A stretch of DNA of 63,741 bases, counting the filler, from Octopus bimaculoides (taxonomy: Eukaryota), in NCBI RefSeq assembly GCF_001194135.2. It is 7 parts of 6 records of this genome, joined end to end, with 100 filler letters (N's around TTAATTAATTAA, not from the genome) between each part and the next. Parts side by side here need not be neighbours in the genome. Positions count along the whole stretch, not along the records: positions 1 to 7,111 come from NC_068986.1; positions 7,212 to 17,796 come from NC_069003.1; 5 more parts are not named here. One strand, 5' to 3'. Each line of letters begins with the position of its first letter. Position 1 is the stretch's first letter. The notes under the pieces are model-generated. The model had not been told where the DNA came from and made no database searches. It saw only the letters and a list, made by a program, of their open reading frames with translations. Positions 1 to 11,670 of this stretch are shown piece after piece. The translations under genes were made by a program, and so were the position numbers.

Positions 1-59
1 TATATATGAATACATATGTATGTATGTAGGTATGTATGTATAAATATACATATATTTAT

Positions 60-277
60 GTGTGTGTGCCTTTGTGCTTTTTCTCCACATCGCTTGACAA
101 CCAATGTTGGTGTGTTTACCTCCATGTAACCTAACAGTTCGGCAAAAAATATTGATGGAATAAGTACTAGGCTTACAAAGAATAAGTCATGGGGGTCGAT
201 GTATTCAACTAAAACACCTTAAAGTAGTGCTCCAGCATAGCCGCAGACAAATGACTGAAGCAAGTAAAAAAAATAAA
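60..277 (+). mobile_element. SINE family A, 3' half
   Basis: Matches the 3' module of the full copies at 32672-33075 and 24250-24600 (cgcttgacaacc...ggggtcgat...ccagcatagccgcag...tgactgaagcaagtaaaa). Confidence 0.85.
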
Positions 278-850
278 TGAATGTGTATGTATGTGTGTGC
301 GTGCATGTTTTTGTGTATGTATACACACACACACATACCATGCGCTTTCACACAACTTCCTTATAAATGACCCGGTTTCAAGGCACAAAACATTTGCGCA
401 ATGTGTCAGTGAGAGGAATCGAGCCAAGAACCTAGTGGTTTCGAAAAGGTACGTGTTAACCAGTCAAGATTTGCATCCATCATAATTTGGCGTATGGCAA
501 TCACCTGTACGAAGTTCTATTGAATTCCATTTGTGTATTAAATTCCATTTGTCGGCTTCGATAATAGAGTTGTGTTAAACAACAAAAATTTAATGCTTAA
601 ACAACATATAACTTGGATTTCTCTTCCCTATAGCAGAAGATATTTGCACAAAATGCCATGGAGAGAAATAGAACCTGGAACCAAATAGATGAATAACAAG
701 TTCTCTACTGCATAGTGTCTTACTCAATACAAATGGATATGGCAGGAGCGGCAAGCAACTAAAGTAAAAGTGATTTCACTCATAATCGAAGCAGTATGGC
801 TGGCTCAGCTTCCCAGTCGCTAGTTCCCAATACAACATAAATCGTATTAG

Positions 851-1529
851 CAGTGGCAGGTCGTAGTTAAAATTAGTGGTGGGGTGCTGCTTCAGAAAAT
901 TTTTAGCCGTTGTTTTAATATTGTGTAAAAGGAAACAAACATATATAAAAAAATTATGCATAAACTCGATCGGTTTGCGTTTTAGCCACTGCCAGGAAGT
1001 GTGTTTAATTTGTTCAATGAACACCGCCACGATTTCCCCCTTTTTTTTCAAAAATTTCCCCATAACCACAAAATAAAGGGTGGAAATGTGCCCTATTTTT
1101 CAAATCCTGGCAGCAACACTTGAAGCTGGAAGCAGGATACACTTCATCACATTCAAGAATATAAACACGTTTTTAAGCACAACGCACGCGGAGTCAAAAA
1201 GAAACACTACCTTTCATCCGGCACTGTCGTTCATGCAGTGCTCTCTCTCCCTAGTGTGAAGCTTCCTATCTCGGACATGTGATCATGCACACAACAGCCA
1301 AACACCGCGTCGCTGTAACTGTGAAGTGCACAATTCTATACTAGGATATTTGTATTTTTTTCACAAACTGGAATATGACTACTGAAATTAAGCTTAAGAA
1401 TTATACAATGTACAAGTATAAAGAAAGAATTAAAGAAAAAAGGGCTCATTATATTGAATGTTATCGATAATATCGAGTGGAAATAGGGGGTGCTGCAGTC
1501 CGACAGTTCCTTTACACGAGCCGCCACTG
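851..1529. mobile_element. Non-autonomous hAT DNA transposon (MITE)
   Basis: Imperfect TIRs CAGTGGCAGGTCGT / ACGAGCCGCCACTG; perfect 8-bp TSD CGTATTAG at 843-850 and 1530-1537; subterminal GGGGTGCTGC at both ends. Confidence 0.9.
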
Positions 1530-1577
1530 CGTATTAGTTAAATTGCCGTCCTATTGGCATACTACCACTACCATTGC

Positions 1578-1578
<1 letters not shown>

Positions 1579-1648
<70 letters not shown>
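1579..1648. repeat. (ATT)n microsatellite
   Basis: Direct inspection. Confidence 0.95.
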
Positions 1649-1649
<1 letters not shown>

Positions 1650-2084
1650 TTAGTTATTTTCTGTAATATATTTATATATTTATTTTTTATCCAATCTTTG
1701 CAGTCGGAAGAGACTGTGTCTAATTATCTATTATCTGTCACCCACTGGTGATTACTAATACTTTTCGTTGTTCTTTATAAACGCATCGATCATTTTATTT
1801 TTCACTCTTCCTACCACTCCCAGTGTAACAAATGTCACGTTTCCGCATTGATAAAGTAACATTTTCAGGGATACAACATTAGAATCCGGGTGAATAAAAG
1901 AGAATTAAAAGAGAAAGAGAGAATGGTGAAAGTAGGAGAAAGAGAGAAGTAGAGGTTGTTGTTTTTTGTTATTAAATAGATAGTTGTCACCGGTTAACAT
2001 TGAATAATCGTATGTTTCTGTCAGTACAATAATAATGATTTCTAACTCAGAAACAAAACACGCAGTTTGAAGCTGGAGACAGAT

Positions 2085-2210
2085 TTTGATTGATACTAAT
2101 TTTATCGACCTCAGAAGGATGAAAAGCAAAGTCGACCATGATGGGATGGGAACACAGAACGTAGAAACAGGCAACATAATCACCACTTGATATATTTTTT
2201 GGTCCAGCAC
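2085..2210 (-). mobile_element. SINE family B, decayed
   Basis: Reverse complement of the B core (ttatcgacctcagaaggatgaaaagcaaagtcgacc). Confidence 0.7.
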
Positions 2211-2338
2211 TTTGGTAGTTCTGTTATTCTACTATGAATATTTGCCATAACGATCATTCAAAGGTAATTTAGAGAAAAATTATTGAGGTATGTTGGTTCC
2301 TACTTAACGCAATTATTGGTAGTGTTGCAAAAGAAGAA

Positions 2339-2391
<53 letters not shown>

Positions 2392-2829
2392 NNNNNNNNN
2401 NNNNNNNNNNNNNNNNNNNNNNNNNNNNNNNNNNNNNNNNNNNNNNNNNNNNNNNNNNNNNNNNNNNNNNNNNNNNNNNNNNNNNNNNNNNNNNNNNNNN
2501 NNNNNNNNNNNNAAAAAAAAAAAAAAAAAAAAGAAATGCCAGAAAACAACAGAGAACAAGCAATGCGATCGCCATTATACACGAAAATAAGAAATTCTAA
2601 ACATTCATGGTACAATACAGATACATAAAAGCACAAAAGTATTTCAAGAGGAATACGCTAGGGAATTAATAAGAATCGTAATATTCTGTGAATTTGTTCT
2701 TATCACAAAAGATGTGTGAAGGAGTGAGATGTGGTGGTAGAATGGGCATTACTAAAAGGATAAGGGACAATATTTACTATCTCATAGCTCAATATCACGA
2801 ACATCAGCTTGAGGGGTGAAGAACTTATT

Positions 2830-4302
2830 CAAAGTTGTTGCTTATGATTCATCATCTCTTTGTATAGTTCAGTACAGGAACTGAGCTCACTGTAAACTCG
2901 TCTTGTTATTTTCATATTATGTTCACGATTAGGATCATTATCAGCAAAACCTCTCGGCTTTCCTCTATAAGTGCCAAACCTTTATCAATAATTTTTGTAG
3001 CCAATTTAAGTGATTCACCTGTATTCTCAGCTTGTTCTTTTTCTAAAAGTATCAGGCACTCGTTAATTTTTCTTTCTGGGACACTAGCAACTCAGTCACA
3101 TCATCTTCTATGACTTCTTCAAATGTTATATTTTCCGAATTTGATGTAGACTTTCTGTTCGTGGAAAACTTGTAATGTCACTAATACAGTCAGGCCATAG
3201 ACTTTTCCAAGCACTATTGAAAGTTGAAGGTTTCACTTCATCCCATGACTCAGTACTATTATCCACCGCATCCATTATGCTGAATTTCTTCCAGAAATTT
3301 CTAACTGTGTAGGTTTATTCTCCCTGTCAATTGTTTTCATAAGTTGTTCGAAAGTTCTTCTCATATGCTATTCCTTGAAGTTAGCTGTCACCCCTTGACC
3401 CATTGGCTGGAGTAAAGAAGTATTCTTGCGGATATATTCTATTTTCACATTATCAAAGAACTCATCTAAGTTCGCTGGGTGGCTCGGTGTATTGTCTAAA
3501 AGAAACAATGCTTTGTTGGAAATATTATGTCCGGCACTGTACCTTTCTACGGCAGGGCAAAATACCGTTTGTAAACCACTCTTTGAAACGGCTCTTAGTC
3601 ACCAATGCCTTCTTATTTGAACGCCAAATAAGAGGCAGATTAAACTTCGTGTAACCCTTGAAAGTACTTGAATTTTAGGAGTGGTGCACGTGTAGGGGCT
3701 TTAATTTCATATCACCAGCGGTATTTCTTCTCAAAACAAGTTTCAGATGATTTTTGAAAGCTTTAAATCGCATTGTTGATTTATCTTCTCAAGAAATAAG
3801 GTTCTAGTAGACATGTGTGTCCAGAAAAGTGCAGTTTCATCATCATTGCATACTTCAGGAATCATTTTCTGCAACTGCTCAGGATAATTAGTAGCAACCT
3901 CTGTATCAACGCTCGCAGTTTCACCAATAATTTTTATGCTGTGACAATTTATGCGCTTCTTTTAAGCTATCCTTTACTAGTCAAAAAAGATTTTTCATTA
4001 GAAGTTTCACTTTTTTTCTGCAAAAGGCGTTCAATTTCAAGCATTATATTAGATCTATGGAAAAATATGGTTTGGGTAGTTAACAGAGTAGCTTCTTGAA
4101 AACTTGACATAGATTTCTCTCTGTTGTCCCCAATCGCTCCAACTGTAGGCGTTGTAAAATTTAATATCTTGACAATATAACTTAGTTTTTCTCCCACATA
4201 AAGTCTTTTAAAATCATCAAATTTAATATCAAATGTAATCTTTTTAGAGTTTCTTTGCGCACTGCTGCCTTCAAGTCTAATTAATAGATTCTTTCCAGAC
4301 AT
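2830..4302 (-). pseudogene. Tigger/pogo-family transposase (HTH_psq + CENP-B HTH + DDE_1), decayed
   Basis: Manual translation across frameshifts and stops: KKITFDIKFDDFKRLYVGEKLSYIVKILNF (psq-like HTH); LTSKG*...IKIIGETASVDTEVATNYPEQL...DETALFW; AGDMKLKPL...LFLLDNTPSHP...TSLLQPMGQGVTANFK...FWKKFSIMDAVDNSTESWDEVK; C-terminal DNDPNRE. Confidence 0.92.
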
Positions 4303-4568
4303 GAAATTAAATGTAAATCCAACGGTAGCAGCGATTAATTATCCATAACAAATAGGTAGTAACAAAATTAGTCCAGGAAAGATCTGATTTATGAGAGTGT
4401 AAAATTGACTTATTCCTTTTCATGCAGTTATGAAAATGAGATGAAAAGGTAAATGACTGGAGAAGGGTAAGTACTTATATGATTACAGTTAGCCGGTTCA
4501 CCACATATAGAACAAGAAAGGGGAAAACACTAGACGGAGAGAGAGTGTATAATTCAAAACAGTTTCTA

Positions 4569-4909
4569 CAGGTGGGAGTTCTCAACTATTTTCTCATCTA
4601 TGGTGACCTTTGATTACTATTTTAATCTGATGGAACCCCATAACCATTCGATGGTTAAAAACTTTATATTTACTTGTTTCAAAATTCTAGTTTGATTTTC
4701 AAACATTCGCTTGTGTAGTTTGAACTATGTTAAATATTAGAGAAAGAAGCTGAACTGTTTCTTGCTATAAATAAATCTGAAGCAAAATTTGTTCACGGAC
4801 CCTTAAAATACTACTTTGAATCTCCAATTTACTATTTTGCTTAATATAGACGCCCAAAATTTTTATATGGATCCTCAGGGGTCATATGGACCCCGGTGGG
4901 GAACCACTG
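4569..4909 (-). mobile_element. hAT (Charlie-like) MITE, copy 1
   Basis: End GGGAACCACTG; colinear over about 340 bp with the reverse complement of 34381-34718. Confidence 0.8.
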
Positions 4910-5467
4910 ACTTACATCATCTAGCCGATTCTTTTGTATAATGCACCGATTAAGACTCCAAAGATAGGACCAGTTCTGCTTAAAACAACACCTACACCTC
5001 TACGTTCTTTGATTGACTCTATTCAAAAATTTCTCCTAAAATAAATTGATCACAACCCTAACCTGTCTTACTCTACATCATAGGGTGGTGTTGTCCTGGC
5101 CAAATCTTCTTTAAATCATAAAAGCATTATGATCCTATCAAGAGTAAGCGCTATTCTCTTATTAGTTCTTTGTTCAAAACATGATACTCAATATTTAGAC
5201 GAGTTATAAATAAGATGAAAAATATCAACTACGTTACTCTTATTCGCATTCTTCTATAAAATAGGAAATGCCCCGAATCGGCATCCAGCTGTGGTCACAA
5301 AAGAAATAACTCTTGTTCGATAGACTGTTGTATTTTATTCTGAAGCACAGTGTGTCTCGTACACTTCAAACGCTGTTAGAGACCTTTTGTGCACCTTCCT
5401 CCAAATCTTTAGAGATCTATGCTAAAGTATTGAAGTGGGTTTCAACATTAATATTACTCTGTCTAAG

Positions 5468-5665
5468 GCAACGAGCTGGTAGAAAAGTTAGCATGCCAGG
5501 CGAAATCCTCAGCAGTATTTCGTCTCTCTTTACGTTCTGAGTTCAAATTCCACCGAGGTAATCCTTCCGGGGTCAATACATTAAGTACCAGTTACGTACT
5601 TGGGTCGATCTAATCGGCTGGCCTCCTCCCACAAAGGTTCGGGCCTTGTGCCTTGAGTAGAAAAG
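5468..5665 (+). mobile_element. SINE family B
   Basis: ggcaacgagctggtagaaaagttagc head; B-box-like gagttcaaattcc; core ccttccggggtcaat..aagtaccag. Confidence 0.85.
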
Positions 5666-5750
5666 AATATTACTCTGTTTCTCACATCTCTGCTCCAAAC
5701 AATATTGCAATTTGTTGCTGAAAGACAACACAACTTTGTTAGGATTTGGA

Positions 5751-5799
<49 letters not shown>

Positions 5800-6141
5800 C
5801 ACATANNNNNNNNNNNNNNNNNNNNNNNNNNNNNNNNNNNNNNNNNNNNNNNNNNNNNNNNNNNNNNNNNNNNNNNNNNNNNNNNNNNNNNNNNNNNNNN
5901 NNNNNNNNNNNNNNNNNNNNNNNNNNNNNNNNNNNNNNNNNNNNNNNNNNNNNNNNNNNNNNNNNNNNNNNNNNNNNNNNNNNNNNNNNNNNNNNNNNNN
6001 NNNNNNNNNNNNNNNNNNNNNNNNNNNNNNNNNNNNNNNNNNNNNNNNNNNNNNNNNNNNNNNNNNNNNNNNNNNNNNNNNNNNNNNNNNNNNNNNNNNN
6101 NNNNNNNNNNNNNNNNNNNNNNNNNNNNNNNNNNNNNNNNN

Positions 6142-6177
<36 letters not shown>

Positions 6178-7077
6178 TCCAGACCATCAAAAATCATATT
6201 GCAGTTTTGTTGCGACGCCGCACTTCCACCATCGAACTTCTTACGTATCTTGATTCCTTAGCGCATGCAAATTGTTACGAACAATGAAAGCGTTGTGTTT
6301 GCATTAAGGAAATGATTAATGACCATTCGTGCTTCTGTCAAGTCGGCTACGAATATTTCTCATACACCTTTGTTAGCCTACATACCAAGCACTTCTCTAA
6401 TCAACATTTTCTAGACGCTATTTAACTCAATGTCAGTCTTGATCCAGCAGATTTTAACCAAAGACAATTCATCCATGGCCATCCTATATTATTTTCAGGC
6501 ATACTATATCAAATATGCCTTTACGTTTACAGTCTGGTGGGGTGCAACTTGAGGGCTATTTCACTGTTGTTTCTTGTTGGAAGAGTAGCTTTCTAACCGA
6601 GTACGTTCTAGAGATTGTAAACGTTTGAATCTAATATTTGTCTTAATACGCACCCTTTCAAAGTTATTTATATTAGTCATCACCAACTCACGCAAAGCTA
6701 CGTGATTTTCCACTGAACAATGGTACTTCTATATGCTATTATAACAGAGTGCCTCTGCATAAAGCTTCTACCCCAGTACACTCTACATCCATACATACTT
6801 ACATACATACAAACATACATACATACATAAACACATACATATATACATGCTTACAAGTACATACGCAGAAACAGAAATATGTATTAAATTTATGGTATGG
6901 ATTATATTTCACCTAGAGACTTCATCACATATCATACAAATGAATATATGAATATTTGCACACGAACGCATTCATACTGGCAAATACTTGTGTGTGTGTC
7001 TGTGTGCGTGTGCGCCTCTGTGTGTCTGTGTGTGTCCTGTAGAAATACAGGAATACAGGATATATATACATACATAC

Positions 7078-7111
<34 letters not shown>

Positions 7112-7742
7112 NNNNNNNNNNNNNNNNNNNNNNNNNNNNNNNNNNNNNNNNNNNNTTAATTAATTAANNNNNNNNNNNNNNNNNNNNNNNNNNNNNNNNN
7201 NNNNNNNNNNNTATATATATATATATTTATATGTTTCTTTATTTTATTTATTTATTCATTCATTTATTATTAGATTTATTTATTTTTGTTTTGCTGCTCC
7301 TATCAATTTGTTTTGTCGTTTCGTTTTAAATGATTAAACGGATATAAAGTGTTGTCATTGCCGCTGCTGCTTCTGCCGCTGCTGTTGTTGCTGCTGCTGC
7401 TTCGGCTGTTATTCTTCCTGATGTTGTTCTTCTTGTGGTTGCTTATTAGCTAAAAACACATTAATTAGGATAATGAATCTTTCTTCGTGATCACCTTGCA
7501 GGCAGCTGCTGCTGTTTGCTAAGGTCGTTGCATTGTGTGTGTATCTATGTATGTATGTGTTTATATATGCACACATATATATACACACACATACACATAT
7601 ATACACACATACATACACACACATACATACACACACATACACACACAAGCACAGACGTATGTATTTATAAGCAATAGATAGATAAGGTGTCAAAGGAAAT
7701 ATCGCTAATAGGCATATATACAATGAGTGCTGAAACCGAACT

Positions 7743-7849
7743 AGCGTTAGCTGCTGGGATGCCGGATTCACGAAGATAAGATCCGCTTACAGGGAACCAG
7801 CGTTAATTGCCGGGATGCCGGATTCACGAAAATAAGATCCGCTTACAGG
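7743..7849. repeat. 56-bp-period tandem duplication, GC-rich
   Basis: agcgttagctgctgggatgccggattcacgaagataagatccgcttacagg (7743-7793) repeated with 4 mismatches at 7799-7849. Confidence 0.95.
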
Positions 7850-7989
7850 CAATGATATGGTCGGGCTGGCCTGGGTCTAACTAAAGCCAAATAAGAACTG
7901 GCAGATATTGTGAGATCGAATCAAGTTGTCTTTTATTTTTTGTGGAAGCCCGTTGTGTATACGTGTGTGCTATACATCTTTCTGTGTGT

Positions 7990-8222
7990 TTGTTTTCGTT
8001 TGTGTTTATCACCCTTAACACTGTTTGACAACCGTTGTTGGTTGGTTTATGTCCTTCACCTTAGCAGTTCGGCAAAACAGAGTAATAGAATAAGTAACAT
8101 ACCTAAAAAAAAAAAATAATAATAATAAATTAAGTACTAGAGTCGATTTATTGCACTAAAAGCCTTTCAAAATGGTACTTCTGCATGGCTGCTGTCCAAT
8201 GACTGAAGCAAACGATAAAGAA
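7990..8222 (+). mobile_element. SINE family A, 3' half
   Basis: tttgacaaccg...cggcaaaa...gtcgatttattgcactaaa...catggctgc...tgactgaagc. Confidence 0.8.
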
Positions 8223-8294
8223 GGACGCAAGCGAGGAACTGGCCAATCAAGAACACCGAGAAGTTTCTCTGCCGCTGGTACTCATTCTGCTTAC

Positions 8295-8366
8295 CATTCC
8301 ACAGACTTTCCAGGCACCATGTTCCGCCACTTTACACCATCCTCTACAAATCCTACCAAACAGATT
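8295..8366 (-). other. Candidate 72-nt cassette exon
   Basis: Acceptor ctgacactaattgttttgcggtag| and donor |gtaagc; two frames open (ICLVGFVEDGVKWRNMVPGKSVE or NLFGRICRGWCKVAEHGAWKVCGM); no homologue recognised. Confidence 0.25.
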
Positions 8367-8631
8367 CTACCGCAAAACAATTAGTGTCAGAATTTTTTTT
8401 TGTTTTCCTTTTCTTTTGGCAACTTCGAAGTCATTACGAAATCTTTTCCTTCCTTATTTATCGTACTTTTTCCTCCTTCGTTGTAACGAATGTGTGTGTG
8501 TGTGTGTGTGTGTTATCTGTATGTCTGTTTGAACCCAACTCCGGCCTACAACCGGTGTTACTCTGTTTACGTCGCGGTAACTTGAAAGTTCGGCAAAAGT
8601 TTTTGATAATTACTGAAACTCCTCTCTCTCG

Positions 8632-8679
<48 letters not shown>

Positions 8680-8775
8680 GTATATGTAAACATTCATCAT
8701 AGAACAAACATCAAATTCGAGCCAAAGATTTTATATATCNNNNNNNNNNNNNNNNCCATATCTCCAAACATTTTT

Positions 8776-9118
8776 TTTTTACTTGTTTCAGTCATTTGGC
8801 TGCGGCCATGCTGGAGCACCGCCTTTAGTCGAGCAAATCGACCCCAGGACTTATTCTTTGTAAGCCTAGTACTTATTCTATCGGCCTCTTTGCCGAACCT
8901 CTAAGTTACAGGGACGTAAACACACCAGCATCGGTTGTCAAGCGATGTTGCGGGGACAAATACAGACATACATACATATATACGACGGGTTTCTTTCAGT
9001 TTCGTCTACCAAATCCACTCACAAGGCTTTGGTCGGCCCGAGGTGCCACGCAGCGGGACTGAACCCGGAACCATGTGGTTCGTAAGCAAGCTACTTATCA
9101 CACAGCCACTCCCGCGCC
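8776..9118 (-). mobile_element. SINE family A, near full length
   Basis: Head ggcgcgggagtggctgtgtgataagtagcttgc, B-box ggttcagtccc, internal (TA/TG) tract, tail tgactgaaacaagtaaaa. Confidence 0.93.
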
Positions 9119-9509
9119 TCATATATAAATATTACCATGGCTCTTAAACACATAAAGTATACATATATAAAAACACAAAAGGTAAAAGAGATGCAAATAA
9201 AAATAGATATATAGAACGGTCCATTAAGAAGGTAAATGTAATCGACTAAAAATTCTAAAGCGTGTCATGCGACTAAAAATTTAAATAAAATAAAATATCA
9301 ATTGACTAAATAAATTTTTTTACTCTCCTCACACAAAAGAGTACGTCAAAAACAGTTCATTTCATAAAAACCATGGTAGGCTGAAGTCCATTTCCAAGTA
9401 AGTTTATCTCTATAATATTAACTTTTATTCTTTTACTTGTTTCAGGTAATTCACTGCAGCCATGCTAGAACACCGCTTTGATACACACACACACACACAC
9501 ACATGCGTG

Positions 9510-9720
9510 ACTGTGTTTCCCTTAATATACGTTTTCTGCCAAATAGAGTATTCTTCTTAGGAATAAGCTTCGAGTAAATAATAGTTTTCTCTCGAATAGC
9601 CTTCTTAATCTGTTGTTCCGTAAGTTGGGAAGCGTTTTGTCAAAGAGAAAACAAAACCGCCAGAATGAAAACACGATTAGGGTGAAACTATTCACATAAA
9701 TAATATCCATTTGGAGAATG
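9510..9720 (-). mobile_element. Probable LINE 5' end / ORF1 start, decayed
   Basis: Frame ASQLTEQQIKKAIREKTIIYSKLIPKKNTLFGRK preceded by gacaaaacgcttcc (would be ATG GCT TCC with two changes); R-x-T-I/V-I/V-Y motif shared with the ORF at 20966-21211. Confidence 0.35.
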
Positions 9721-9789
9721 GTGTGTTTTGCATGAAACTTAATAGTGGAAAATTAGTTTTTATTTATCGACTATATTACAATATATGTA

Positions 9790-9909
9790 GGTGTGTGTGT
9801 GTGTACATACATATATATATATATATATATATAGATGAGTGTATATATGTGTAGATATGTGTGTGTGAGTATAACTGTCTAGATGTGTGTGTATATATAT
9901 GTATATGAG

Positions 9910-9940
<31 letters not shown>

Positions 9941-10047
9941 GTGTGTACGTGTATATGTGTGTATATATAGTTATGTATATATATATATTATATATAGAGT
10001 GAGCATGTTTGTACACACATATAGACGTATATATATAGGCGTGTATA

Positions 10048-10081
<34 letters not shown>

Positions 10082-10240
10082 GTGTGTATATATATATATA
10101 TACACACACACAATCACACGTGTGTGAATATGTGAGTATATATGTGTGTGCACGAATATACATGTACGTGTCAGGGTGTGTGTGTGTGTGGTGGTGGTGG
10201 GGAGAAATCTACATGTAGATACGTGCATAGACATACACAC
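9790..10240. repeat. (TA)n/(TG)n compound microsatellite field
   Basis: Direct inspection. Confidence 0.95.
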
Positions 10241-10409
10241 GCATATACAACTCACAGGAGCTTATATTTCTACACGTGTGCATTTGGGAGTGTGTTGCAC
10301 TGCCTGTACATCTGATCATATTACAATAGAATGAGATTTGCAAACAACGAGGGTTGCTTGCATACATTATTATTATTATTATTTATTATTATTATTATTA
10401 TTATTATTG

Positions 10410-10725
10410 GCAGCATTTCGTTCTTCCTTACGTTCTGAGTTCAAATTCTGCCGAGGTCGACTTCGCCTGTCATCCCTTCGGGGTCGATGAATTAAGTACC
10501 AATGAAACACTGGGGTGGGGGATGGGGTCGATGGAATCGACTTATCCCCTCCCAGAAGCTGCCCTTACGGCGAAATTTGAAACCATTATTTTTATTATTG
10601 ACGGATTTCGTTTTTTCTCAGGTCCCGAGTTCAAATTCCGCTGAGGTCGACCTTGCCTTTCATCCTTCGGGATCGATAAATTAAGTACTCTAATGGACTG
10701 GCCCTCTCCCCCAGAATTGTAGCAA
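10410..10725 (+). mobile_element. Two head-to-tail 5'-truncated SINE B units
   Basis: gagttcaaattc(t/c)gc(c/t)gaggtcgac...cttcgggg/atcgat occurs at about 10437 and 10627. Confidence 0.85.
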
Positions 10726-10839
10726 GTCTGTGGAAAGGTGGGCGAATGGCCAGTGTAAAAGGACCAATTCTGAGTATACACTTATACAAAAAAAGAAGGG
10801 CTCTTGCCTTGTTGTCAGGTACTTATGGCTTTTGTGGGG

Positions 10840-10997
10840 TTTTCCACGAGGACCTTAAAGCGCCACCCCTATTGGGAGTTTTTAATTATTTATATTGTTT
10901 ACACGATGTAAAACCCTTTGTGTCGTCCTGTATTTGTCTTATGTTGTATGTCATTTCATGTTTTCGTATGTGAGCCCTTGTGGCTACTAAAATAATA
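10840..10997 (+). mobile_element. LINE 3' end (L1/Tx1-like 3' UTR)
   Basis: T-rich UTR ending gagcccttgtggctactaaaataataata; homologous tail at 37681-37706. Confidence 0.55.
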
Positions 10998-11164
10998 ATA
11001 ATAATTATTATTAACCCTCGTGTATTTTGTATCTGTGACACACTTCCACAGAAACCAGATGGAAAGGAATACCCATGTTAAAATATACAAAATAATTCTC
11101 GGATGTCAAAACTGAACTGGTACACTGATTGTGTTTATCAGTGCCAGAGTCGGTAAAGCGCCGG

Positions 11165-11330
11165 GGCAAGATGTCTTTCGACATTTAGTTACAAGATTAT
11201 GAGTTCAAATCCACCTCATCACTCCCAGTGAACATTTTACTTTCCACCCTTCCAAGGTCAATAATATGTACCAGTAAGGTATTGGGGGCGATATAATCAA
11301 TGTTTCTACTTTCGACTCCTAAAAAAAAAA
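11165..11330 (+). mobile_element. SINE family B, decayed
   Basis: gagttcaaatcc, ccttccaaggtcaataa..gtaccag. Confidence 0.65.
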
Positions 11331-11623
11331 AGCGGGGTGAACCGTCGTGGCTTGTATACTTACAATTCATTTTATTTATCGTTTGAGTCTGTGTAAACCC
11401 CGACACTTTGTTTTAATCATTCCTCTCATCCATCGCCCTGGTGGCAAATATGAATTATCATAATTTTTTTGGTGGGGCGGAATAGTATATCTCGAAGCAC
11501 ATGCATAGAGCTATAACTACTAACATGTAAAAAAATCTAAAAGGCATTTTCAACCCAATATTAGTATGTTATGACTTATAGTTTTATGTGTATGCTTCGA
11601 GATAGACAATTCCAAAAGAATTA

Positions 11624-11670
<47 letters not shown>

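Noticed and set aside
7156-7167. TTAATTAATTAA islands embedded in N runs (also 17841, 27122, 37435, 55768, 60793)
   Set aside because: Identical 12-mer centred in about 100-bp N blocks with stops in all six frames: an assembler gap marker, not biology.
9879-10255. Dozens of ORF-track entries rich in YI/HT/CV/SL repeats or X
   Set aside because: Translations of (TA)n, (CA)n, (CT)n, (ATT)n tracts or of gaps; no coding signal.
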